This document shows positions 24,732-37,600 of a stretch of 64,000 nucleotides of DNA, in pieces (positions within the stretch are counted from its first letter, which is position 1; every line of letters begins with the position of its first letter). The position numbers and the translations under genes were made by a program. The notes beneath the pieces were generated by a model that was given only the letters and a program-made list of their open reading frames with translations, was not told the DNA's origin and ran no database searches. The stretch covers positions 1-64,000 of the forward strand of contig JBECUI020000026.1 of assembly GCA_040954595.2 (NCBI GenBank). Reading direction: 5' to 3'. The stretch is from Balanoglossus misakiensis. Lineage: Eukaryota; Animalia; Hemichordata.

Positions 24732-25158
24732 GCTTTCGTCATCGTAATTCCCGCATCAACACGAATCCTCAATCTCGCGTAACAACAATACATCAAAATG
24801 TACACAGAAAAATAGGAGTCGGCAAGACAATTCTGGTTAGTTTGAGCCCCAACCTTTTAAAATTCACAACGGGGGAGGGGGCAGTTTTTCCTCATTTTAT
24901 ATTTGGCTCGAGGTTTTTAACTGTCCCCAGGCGCGTAAAGTTAGTTAGTTTATCACACAGTATGTAATTATCTTGCTTGATTTAAAAAAACACTAAAATT
25001 GTATGGGGGAGCTTCTTGCGATTTGCACTTAAGAAACTGATGGTTTGTACCCATAGATAATATTTAGTATTAAGCACGTAATTGCCTGGAAATAAAAATT
25101 AACTCAAGGGTAGAATGCAACAGTTAATTTTGTGCAATATCAACAGGAGCTATTTTGG

Positions 25159-25265
25159 CACATTATTTCAGTTTGATAAACACTGTTTTTGCTCATTGTT
25201 TCATTTCGACCACATTATTTCAGTTTGATAAACACTGTTTTTGCTTATTGTTTCATTTCAACCAC
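25159..25265. repeat. 52-bp tandem duplication
   Basis: cacattatttcagtttgataaacactgtttttgct.attgtttcatttc occurs twice. Confidence 0.85.
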
Positions 25266-25669
25266 TTTTGTCACCTTGTTTTAAATTGAATGCAAGCATT
25301 GTTTCTGTTTGACCACTACTTGGGGTAATTGTTCCAAATTGGTATGCAAGATATTTTACATCAGCAGTTAGTCATCTAGCCACACTTTAGCTGCACAGCA
25401 TATGAAAAATAATGAAATTCATGCAAAAAGCAAAAAAGTATTATGGGTATAATGCCATTGCAGCATTGGCGGTTCGACTCCGTCGATACTTACTTTGAAG
25501 CATAAGTCTTCATTATTTTTCATATGTATTAAATAAAACTCTTCCAAATTCATATCTTTGTTTTAAGTTTGTGCTTTTGCTTCAGTTAGGGGGCCCACAT
25601 TTACCAAACCTGTCTTGCCATCTTTTCACATTTCTTCAAATATGCAGCGCCAGCGGTAGGCAGTATTTG

Positions 25670-28600
25670 ATCAAATTGACCCACAAATCACTCAAAATTA
25701 ATAGGCAGGATACTGTCCACTCTGGCCTGGTTACTGTCTGGCCTGCTTAATGTTGATGCAAAGGTTGACCCCACCAAACACTCAAAATTAATAGGCAGCA
25801 TACTGGCCACTCTGGCCTAGTTAATGTAGACGCAAAGGTTGACCCCACCAAACACTCAAAATTAATGGGCACGATACTGGCCACTCTGGCCTAGTTAATG
25901 TTGACGCAAAGGTTGACCCCACCAAACACTCAAAATCAATGGGCAGCATACTGTCCACTATGGCCTGGTTACTGTGTGCTCTGGTTAATGTTGACGCAAA
26001 GGTTGACCCCACCAAACACTCAAAATTAATGGGCAGCACACTGTCCACTACGGCCTGGTTACTGTGTGCTCTGGTTAATGTTGATGCAAAGGTTGACCCC
26101 ACCAAACACTCAAAATTAATGGGCAGAACACTGTCCACTATGGCCTGGTTACTGTGTGCTCTGGTTAATGTTGATGCAAAGGTTGACCCCACCAAACACT
26201 CAAAATTAATGGGCAGGATACTGGCCACTCTGGCCTAGTTAATGTTGACGCAAAGGTTGACCCCCACCAAACACTCAAAATTAATGGGCACGATACTGGC
26301 CACTCTGGCCTAGTTAATGTTGACGCAAAGGTTGACCCCACCAAACACTCAAAATTAATGGGCAGCATACTGTCCACTACAGCCTGGTTACTGTGTGCTC
26401 TGGTTAATGTTGATGCAAAGGTTGACCCCAACAAACACTCAAAATTAATGGGCAGAACACTGTCCACTATGGCCTGGTTACTGTGTGCTCTGGTTAATGT
26501 TGACGCAAAGGTTGACCCCACCAAACACTCAAAATTAATGGGCAGAACACTGTCCACTATGGCCTGGTTACTGTGTGCTCTGGTTAATGTTGATGCAAAG
26601 GTTGACCCCACCAAACACTCAAAATTAATGGGCAGGATACTGGCCACTCTGGCCTAGTTAATGTTGACGCAAAGGTTGACCCCCACCAAACACTCAAAAT
26701 TAATGGGCACGATACTGGCCACTCTGGCCTAGTTAATGTTGACGCAAAGGTTGACCCCCACCAAACACTCAAAATTAATGGGCACGATACTGGCCACTCT
26801 GGCCTAGTTAATGTTGACGCAAAGGTTGACCCCACCAAACACTCAAAATTAATGGGCAGCACACTGTCCACTACGGACTGGTTACTGTGTGCTCTGGTTA
26901 ATGTTGACGCAAAGGTTGACCCCACCAAACACTCAAAATTAATGGGCAGAACACTGTCCACTATGGCCTGGTTACTGTGTGCTCTGGTTAATGTTGATGC
27001 AAAGGTTGACCCCACCAAACACTCAAAATTAATGGGCAGAACACTGTCCACTACGGCCTGGTTACTGTGTGCTCTGATTAATGTTGATGCAAAGGTTGAC
27101 CCCACCAAACACTCAAAATTAATGGGCAGGATACTGGCCACTCTGGCCTAGTTAATGTTGACGCAAAGGTTGACCCCCACCAAACACTCAAAATTAATGG
27201 GCACGATACTGGCCACTCTGGCCTAGTTAATGTTGACGCAAAGGTTGACCCCCACCAAACACTCAAAATTAATGGGCAGAACACTGTCCACTACGGCCTG
27301 GTTATTGTGTGCTCTGGTTAATGTTGACGCAAAGGTTGACCCCTCCAAACACTCAAAATTAATGGGCAGCACACTGTCCAGTATGGCCTGGTTACTGTGT
27401 GCTCTGGTTAATGTTGACGCAAAGGTTGACCCCACCGAACACTCAAAATTAATGGGCAGAACACTGTCCACTACGGCCTGGTTACTGTGTGCTCTGGTTA
27501 ATGTTGACGCAAAGGTTGACCCCACCAAACACTCAAAATTAATGGGCAGCATACTGTCCTATATGGCCTGGTTACTGTGTGCTCTGGTTAATGTTGACGC
27601 AAAGGTTGACCCCACCGAACACTCAAAATTAATGGGCAGCACACTGTCCACTATGGCCTGGTTACTGTGTGCTCTGGTTAATGTTGACGCAAAGGTTGAC
27701 CCCACCGAACACTCAAAATTAATGGGCAGAACACTGTCCACTATGGCCTGGTTACTGTGTGCTCTGGTTAATGTTGACGCAAAGGTTGACCCCACCGAAC
27801 ACTCAAAATTAATGGGCAGAACACTGTCCACTACGGCCTGGTTACTGTGTGCTCTGGTTAATGTTGACGCAAAGGTTGACCCCACCAAACACTCAAAATT
27901 AATGGGCAGCACACTGTCCACTATGGCCTGGTTACTGTGTGCTCTGGTTAATGTTGACGCAAAGGTTGACCCCACCAAACACTCAAAATTAATGGGCAGA
28001 ACACTGTCCACTACGGCCTGGTTACTGTGTGCTCTGGTCTATGTTGACGCAAAGGTTGACCCCACCAAACACTCAAAATTAATGGGCAGAACACTGTCCA
28101 CTACGGCCTGGTTACTGTGTGCTCTGGTTAATGTTGACGCAAAGGTTGACCCCACCAAACACTCAAAATTAATGGGCAGAACACTGTCCACTATGGCCTG
28201 GTTACTGTGTGCTCTGGTTAATGTTGACGCAAAGGTTGACCCCACCAAACACTCAAAATTAATGGGCAGAACACTGTCCTATATGGCCTGGTTACTGTGT
28301 GCTCTGGTTAATGTTGACGCAAAGGTTGACCCCACCGAACACTCAAAATTAATGGGCAGAACACTGTCCACTACGGCCTGGTTACTGTGTGCTCTGGTTA
28401 ATGTTGACGCAAAGGTTGACCCCACCATACACTCAAAATTAATGGGCAGCATACTGTCCTATATGGCCTGGTTACTGTGTGCTCTGGTTAATGTTGACGC
28501 AAAGGTTGACCCCACCAAACACTCAAAATTAATGGGCAGAACACTGTCCACTATGGCCTGGTTACTGTGTGCTCTGGTTAATGTTGACGCAAAGGTTGAC

Positions 28601-31600
28601 CCCACCAAACACTCAAAATTAATGGGCAGCACACTGTCCACTACGGCCTGGTTACTGTGTGCTCTGGTTAATGTTGACGCAAAGGTTGACCCCACCAAAC
28701 ACTCAAAATTAATGGGCAGAACACTGTCCACTACGGCCTGGTTACTGTGTGCTCTGGTCTATGTTGACGCAAAGGTTGACCCCACCAAACACTCAAAATT
28801 AATGGGCAGCACACTGTCCACTATGGCCTGGTTACTGTGTGCTCTGGTTAATGTTGACGCAAAGGTTGACCCCACCAAACACTCAAAATTAATGGGCAGA
28901 ACACTGTCCACTATGGCCTGGTTACTGTGTGCTCTGGTTAATGTTGATGCAAAGGTTGACCCCACCAAACACTCAAAATTAATGGGCAGGATACTGGCCA
29001 CTCTTGCCTAGTTAATGTTGACGCAAAGGTTGACCCCACCAAACACTCAAAATTAATGGGCAGCACACTGTCCACTACGGACTGGTTACTGTGTGCTCTG
29101 GTTAATGTTGACGCAAAGGTTGACCCCACCAAACACTCAAAATGAATGGGCAGAACACTGTCCACTATGGCCTGGTTACTGTGTGCTCTGGTTAATGTTG
29201 ATGCAAAGGTTGACCCCACCAAACACTCAAAATTAATGGGCAGAACACTGTCCACTACGGCCTGGTTACTGTGTGCTCTGATTAATGTTGATGCAAAGGT
29301 TGACCCCACCAAACACTCAAAATTAATGGGCAGGATACTGGCCACTCTGGCCTAGTTAATGTTGACGCAAAGGTTGACCCACACCAAACACTCAAAATTA
29401 ATGGGCACGATACTGGCCACTCTGGCCTAGTTAATGTTGACGCAAAGGTTGACCCCACCAAACACTCAAAATCAATGGGCAGCATACTGTCCACTATGGC
29501 CTGGTTACTGTGTGCTCTGGTTAATGTTGACGCAAAGGTTGACCCCACCAAACACTCAAAATTAATGGGCAGCACACTGTCCACTACGGCCTGGTTACTG
29601 TGTGCTCTGGTTAATGTTGATGCAAAGGTTGACCCCACCAAACACTCAAAATTAATGGGCAGAACACTGTCCACTATGGCCTGGTTACTGTGTGCTCTGG
29701 TTAATGTTGATGCAAAGGTTGACCCCACCAAACACTCAAAATTAATGGGCAGGATACTGGCCACTCTGGCCTAGTTAATGTTGACGCAAAGGTTGACCCC
29801 CACCAAACACTCAAAATTAATGGGCACGATACTGGCCACTCTGGCCTAGTTAATGTTGACGCAAAGGTTGACCCCACCAAACACTCAAAATTAATGGGCA
29901 GCATACTGTCCACTACGGCCTGGTTACTGTGTGCTCTGGTTAATGTTGATGCAAAGGTTGACCCCACCAAACACTCAAAATTAATGGGCAGAACACTGTC
30001 CACTATGGCCTGGTTACTGTGTGCTCTGGTTAATGTTGATGCAAAGGTTGACCCCACCAAACACTCAAAATTAATGGGCAGGATACTGGCCACTCTGGCC
30101 TAGTTAATGTTGACGCAAAGGTTGACCCCCACCAAACACTCAAAATTAATGGGCACGATACTGGCCACTCTGGCCTAGTTAATGTTGACGCAAAGGTTGA
30201 CCCCCACCAAACACTCAAAATTAATGGGCACGATACTGGCCACTCTGGCCTAGTTAATGTTGACGCAAAGGTTGACCCCACCAAACACTCAAAATTAATG
30301 GGCAGCACACTGTCCACTACGGACTGGTTACTGTGTGCTCTGGTTAATGTTGACGCAAAGGTTGACCCCACCAAACACTCAAAATTAATGGGCAGAACAC
30401 TGTCCACTATGGCCTGGTTACTGTGTGCTCTGGTTAATGTTGATGCAAAGGTTGACCCCACCAAACACTCAAAATTAATGGGCAGAACACTGTCCACTAC
30501 GGCCTGGTTACTGTGTGCTCTGATTAATGTTGATGCAAAGGTTGACCCCACCAAACACTCAAAATTAATGGGCAGGATACTGGCCACTCTGGCCTAGTTA
30601 ATGTTGACGCAAAGGTTGACCCCCACCAAACACTCAAAATTAATGGGCACGATACTGGCCACTCTGGCCTAGTTAATGTTGACGCAAAGGTTGACCCCCA
30701 CCAAACACTCAAAATTAATGGGCAGAACACTGTCCACTACGGCCTGGTTATTGTGTGCTCTGGTTAATGTTGACGCAAAGGTTGACCCCTCCAAACACTC
30801 AAAATTAATGGGCAGCACACTGTCCAGTATGGCCTGGTTACTGTGTGCTCTGGTTAATGTTGACGCAAAGGTTGACCCCACCGAACACTCAAAATTAATG
30901 GGCAGAACACTGTCCACTACGGCCTGGTTACTGTGTGCTCTGGTTAATGTTGACGCAAAGGTTGACCCCACCAAACACTCAAAATTAATGGGCAGCATAC
31001 TGTCCTATATGGCCTGGTTACTGTGTGCTCTGGTTAATGTTGACGCAAAGGTTGACCCCACCGAACACTCAAAATTAATGGGCAGCACACTGTCCACTAT
31101 GGCCTGGTTACTGTGTGCTCTGGTTAATGTTGACGCAAAGGTTGACCCCACCGAACACTCAAAATTAATGGGCAGAACACTGTCCACTATGGCCTGGTTA
31201 CTGTGTGCTCTGGTTAATGTTGACGCAAAGGTTGACCCCACCGAACACTCAAAATTAATGGGCAGAACACTGTCCACTACGGCCTGGTTACTGTGTGCTC
31301 TGGTTAATGTTGACGCAAAGGTTGACCCCACCAAACACTCAAAATTAATGGGCAGCACACTGTCCACTATGGCCTGGTTACTGTGTGCTCTGGTTAATGT
31401 TGACGCAAAGGTTGACCCCACCAAACACTCAAAATTAATGGGCAGAACACTGTCCACTACGGCCTGGTTACTGTGTGCTCTGGTCTATGTTGACGCAAAG
31501 GTTGACCCCACCAAACACTCAAAATTAATGGGCAGAACACTGTCCACTACGGCCTGGTTACTGTGTGCTCTGGTTAATGTTGACGCAAAGGTTGACCCCA

Positions 31601-34600
31601 CCAAACACTCAAAATTAATGGGCAGAACACTGTCCACTACGGCCTGGTTACTGTGTGCTCTGGTTAATGTTGACGCAAAGGTTGACCCCACCAAACACTC
31701 AAAATTAATGGGCAGAACACTGTCCTATATGGCCTGGTTACTGTGTGCTCTGGTTAATGTTGACGCAAAGGTTGACCCCACCGAACACTCAAAATTAATG
31801 GGCAGAACACTGTCCACTACGGCCTGGTTACTGTGTGCTCTGGTTAATGTTGACGCAAAGGTTGACCCCACCATACACTCAAAATTAATGGGCAGCATAC
31901 TGTCCTATATGGCCTGGTTACTGTGTGCTCTGGTTAATGTTGACGCAAAGGTTGACCCCACCAAACACTCAAAATTAATGGGCAGAACACTGTCCACTAT
32001 GGCCTGGTTACTGTGTGCTCTGGTTAATGTTGACGCAAAGGTTGACCCCACCAAACACTCAAAATTAATGGGCAGCACACTGTCCACTACGGCCTGGTTA
32101 CTGTGTGCTCTGGTTAATGTTGACGCAAAGGTTGACCCCACCAAACACTCAAAATTAATGGGCAGAACACTGTCCACTACGGCCTGGTTACTGTGTGCTC
32201 TGGTCTATGTTGACGCAAAGGTTGACCCCACCAAACACTCAAAATTAATGGGCAGCACACTGTCCACTATGGCCTGGTTACTGTGTGCTCTGGTTAATGT
32301 TGACGCAAAGGTTGACCCCACCAAACACTCAAAATTAATGGGCAGAACACTGTCCACTATGGCCTGGTTACTGTGTGCTCTGGTTAATGTTGATGCAAAG
32401 GTTGACCCCACCAAACACTCAAAATTAATGGGCAGGATACTGGCCACTCTTGCCTAGTTAATGTTGACGCAAAGGTTGACCCCCACCAAACACTCAAAAT
32501 TAATGGGCACGATACTGGCCACTCTGGCCTAGTTAATGTTGACGCAAAGGTTGACCCCCACCAAACACTCAAAATTAATGGGCACGATACTGGCCACTCT
32601 GGCCTAGTTAATGTTGACGCAAAGGTTGACCCCACCAAACACTCAAAATTAATGGGCAGCACACTGTCCACTACGGACTGGTTACTGTGTGCTCTGGTTA
32701 ATGTTGACGCAAAGGTTGACCCCACCAAACACTCAAAATTAATGGGCAGAACACTGTCCACTACGGCCTGGTTACTGTGTGCTCTGATTAATGTTGATGC
32801 AAAGGTTGACCCCACCAAACACTCAAAATTAATGGGCAGAACACTGTCCACTATGGCCTGGTTACTCTGTGCTCTGGTTAATGTTGACGCAAAGGTTGAC
32901 CCCACCAAACACTCAAAATTAATGGGCAGCACACTGTCCACTACGGACTGGTTACTGTGTGCTCTGGTTAATGTTGACGCAAAGGTTGACCCCACCAAAC
33001 ACTCAAAATTAATGGGCAGAACACTGTCCACTATGGCCTGGTTACTGTGTGCTCTGGTTAATGTTGATGCAAAGGTTGACCCCACCAAACACTCAAAATT
33101 AATGGGCAGAACACTGTCCACTACGGCCTGGTTACTGTGTGCTCTGATTAATGTTGATGCAAAGGTTGACCCCACCAAACACTCAAAATTAATGGGCAGG
33201 ATACTGGCCACTCTGGCCTAGTTAATGTTGACGCAAAGGTTGACCCCCACCAAACACTCAAAATTAATGGGCACGATACTGGCCACTCTGGCCTAGTTAA
33301 TGTTGACGCAAAGGTTGACCCCCACCAAACACTCAAAATTAATGGGCAGAACACTGTCCACTATGGCCTGGTTACTGTGTGCTCTGGTTAATGTTGATGC
33401 AAAGGTTGACCCCACCAAACACTCAAAATTAATGGGCAGGATACTGGCCACTCTGGCCTAGTTAATGTTGATGCAAAGGTTGACCCCCACCAAACACTCA
33501 AAATTAATGGGCACGATACTGGCCACTCTGGCCTAGTTAATGTTGACGCAAAGGTTGACCCCACCAAACACTCAAAATTAATGGGCAGCACACTGTCCAC
33601 TACGGACTGGTTACTGTGTGCTCTGGTTAATGTTGACGCAAAGGTTGACCCCACCAAACACTCAAAATTAATGGGCAGAACACTGTCCACTATGGCCTGG
33701 TTACTGTGTGCTCTGGTTAATGTTGACGCAAAGGTTGACCCCACCAAACACTCAAAATTAATGGGCAGCACACTGTCCACTATGGCCTGGTTACTGTGTG
33801 CTTTGGTTAATGTTGACGCAAAGGTTGACCCCACCAAACACTCAAAATTAATGGGCAGAACACTGTCCACTACGGCCTGGTTACTGTGTGCTCTGGTCTA
33901 TGTTGACGCAAAGGTTGACCCCACCAAACACTCAAAATTAATGGGCAGCACACTGTCCACTATGGCCTGGTTACTGTGTGCTCTGGTTAATGTTGACGCA
34001 AAGGTTGACCCCACCAAACACTCAAAATTAATGGGCAGAACACTGTCCACTATGGCCTGGTTACTGTGTGCTCTGGTTAATGTTGATGCAAAGGTTGACC
34101 CCACCAAACACTCAAAATTAATGGGCAGGATACTGGCCACTCTGGCCTAGTTAATGTTGACGCAAAGGTTGACCCCCACCAAACACTCAAAATTAATGGG
34201 CACGATACTGGCCACTCTGGCCTAGTTAATGTTGACGCAAAGGTTGACCCCCACCAAACACTCAAAATTAATGGGCACGATACTGGCCACTCTGGCCTAG
34301 TTAATGTTGACGCAAAGGTTGACCCCACCAAACACTCAAAATTAATGGGCAGCACACTGTCCACTACGGACTGGTTACTGTGTGCTCTGGTTAATGTTGA
34401 CGCAAAGGTTGACCCCACCAAACACTCAAAATTAATGGGCAGAACACTGTCCACTATGGCCTGGTTACTGTATGCTCTGGTTAATGTTGACGCAAAGGTT
34501 GACACCACCAAACACTCAAAATTAATGGGCAGAACACTGTCCACTACGGCCTGGTTATTGTGTGCTCTGGTTAATGTTGACGCAAAGGTTGACGCCACCA

Positions 34601-37600
34601 AACACTCAAAATCAATGGGCAGCATACTGTCCACTATGGCCTGGTTACTGTGTGCTCTGGTTAATGTTGACGCAAAGGTTGACCCCACCAAACACTCAAA
34701 ATTAATGGGCAGAACACTGTCCACTATGGCCTGGTTACTGTGTGCTCTGGTTAATGTTGACGCAAAGGTTGACCCCACCAAACACTCAAAATTAATGGGC
34801 AGCACACTGTCCACTATGGCCTGGTTACTGTGTGCTCTGGTTAATGTTGACGCAAAGGTTGACCCCACCAAACACTCAAAATTAATGGGCAGAACGCTGT
34901 CCACTACGGCCTGGTTACTGTGTGCTCTGGTCTATGTTGACGCAAAGGTTGACCCCACCAAACACTCTAAATTAATGGGCAGAACACTGTCCAATATGGC
35001 CTGGTTACTGTGTGCTCTGGTTAATGTTGACGCAAAGGTTGACCCCACCAAACACTCAAAATTAATGGGCAGAACACTGTCCACTACGGCCTGGTTACTG
35101 TGTGCTCTGGTTAATGTTGACGCAAAGGTTGACCCCACCAAACACTCAAAATTAATGGGCAGAACACTGTCCACTACGGCCTGGTTACTGTGTGCTCTGG
35201 TTAATGTTGACGCAAAGGTTGACCCCACCAAACACTCAAAATTAATGGGCAGAACACTGTCCACTATGGCCTGGTTACTGTGTGCTCTGGTTAATGTTGA
35301 CGCAAAGGTTGACCCCACCAAACACTCAAAATTAATGGGCAGCACACTGTCCACTATGGCCTGGTTACTGTGTGCTCTGGTTAATGTTGACGCAAAGGTT
35401 GACCCCACCAAACACTCAAAATTAATGGGCAGAACACTGTCCACTACGGCCTGGTTACTGTGTGCTCTGGTTAATGTTGACGCAAAGGTTGACCCCCACC
35501 AAACACTCAAAATTAATGGGCACGATACTGGCCACTCTGGCCTAGTTAATGTTGACGCAAAGGTTGACCCCACCAAACACTCAAAATTAATGGGCACGAT
35601 ACTGGCCACTCTGGCCTAGTTAATGTTGACGCAAAGGTTGACCCCACCAAACACTCAAAATTAATGGGCACGATACTGGCCACTCTGGCCTAGTTAATGT
35701 TGACGCAAAGGTTGACCCCACCAAACACTCAAAATTAATGGGCACGATACTGGCCACTCTGGCCTAGTTTATGTTGACGCAAAGGTTGACCCCACCAAAC
35801 ACTCAAAATTAATGGGCAGAACACTGTCCACTACGGCCTGGTTACTGTGTGCTCTGGTTAATGTTGACGCAAAGGTTGACCCCACCAAACACTCAAAATT
35901 AATGGGCAGAACACTGTCCACTATGGCCTGGTTACTGTGTGCCATGGTTAATGTTGATGCAAAGGTTGACCCCACCAAACACTCAAAATTAATGGGCAGA
36001 ACACTGTCCACTACGGCCTGGTTACTGTGTGCTCTGATTAATGTTGATGCAAAGGTTGACCCCACCAAACACTCAAAATTAATGGGCAGAACACTGTCCA
36101 CTATGGCCTGGTTACTCTGTGCTCTGGTTAATGTTGACGCAAAGGTTGACCCCACCAAACACTCAAAATTAATGGGCAGCACACTGTCCACTATGGCCTG
36201 GTTACTGTGTGCTCTGGTTAATGTTGACGCAAAGGTTGACCCCACCAAACACTCAAAATTAATGGGCAGAACACTGTCCACTACGGCCTGGTTACTGTGT
36301 GCTCTGGTTAATGTTGACGCAAAGGTTGACCCCACCAAACACTCAAAATTAATGGGCAGAACACTGTCCACTACGGCCTGGTTACTGTGTGCTCTGGTTA
36401 ATGTTGACACAAAGGTTGACCCCACCAAACACTCAAAATTAATGGGCAGAACACTGTCCACTACGGCCTGGTTACTGTGTGCTCTGGTTAATGTTGACGC
36501 AAAGGTTGACCCCACCAAACACTCAAAATTAATGGGCAGAACACTGTCCACTATGGCCTGGTTACTGTGTGCTCTGGTTAATGTTGACGCAAAGGTTGAC
36601 CCCACCAAACACTCAAAATTAATGGGCAGCACACTGTCCACTATGGCCTGGTTACTGTGTGCTCTGGTTAATGTTGACGCAAAGGTTGACCCCACCAAAC
36701 ACTCAAAATTAATGGGCAGAACACTGTCCACTACGGCCTAGTTAATGTTGACGCAAAGGTTGACCCCACCAAACACTCAAAATTAATGGGCACGATACTG
36801 GCCACTCTGGCCTAGTTAATGTTGACGCAAAGGTTGACCCCACCAAACACTCAAAAATAATGGGCACGATACTGGCCACTCTGGCCTAGTTAATGTTGAC
36901 GCAAAGGTTGACCCCACCAAACACTCAAAATTAATGGGCACGATACTGGCCACTCTGGCCTAGTTAATGGTGACGCAAAGGTTGACCCCACCAAACACTC
37001 AAAATTAATGGGAAGAACACTGTCCACTACGGCCTGGTTACTGTGTGCTCTGGTTAATGTTGACGCAAAGGTTGACCCCACCAAACACTCAAAATTAATG
37101 GGCAGAACACTGTCCACTATGGCCTGGTTACTGTGTGCTCTGGTTAATGTTGACGCAAAGGTTGACCCCACCAAACACTCAAAATTAATGGGCAGAACAC
37201 TGTCCACTACGGCCTGGTTACTGTGTGCTCTGATTAATGTTGACGCAAAGGTTGACCCCACCAAACACTCAAAATTAATGGGCAGAACACTGTCCACTAT
37301 GGCCTGGTTACTCTGTGCTCTGGTTAATGTTGACGCAAAGGTTGACCCCCACCAAACACTCAAAATTAATGGGCAGGATACTGGCCACTCTGGCCTAGTT
37401 AATGTTGACGCAAAGGTTGACCCCCACCAAACACTCAAAATTAATGGGCACGATACTGGCCACTCTGGCCTAGTTAATGTTGACGCAAAGGTTGACCCCC
37501 ACCAAACACTCAAAATTAATGGGCACGATACTGGCCACTCTGGCCTAGTTAATGTTGACGCAAAGGTTGACCCCACCAAACACTCAAAATTAATGGGCAG

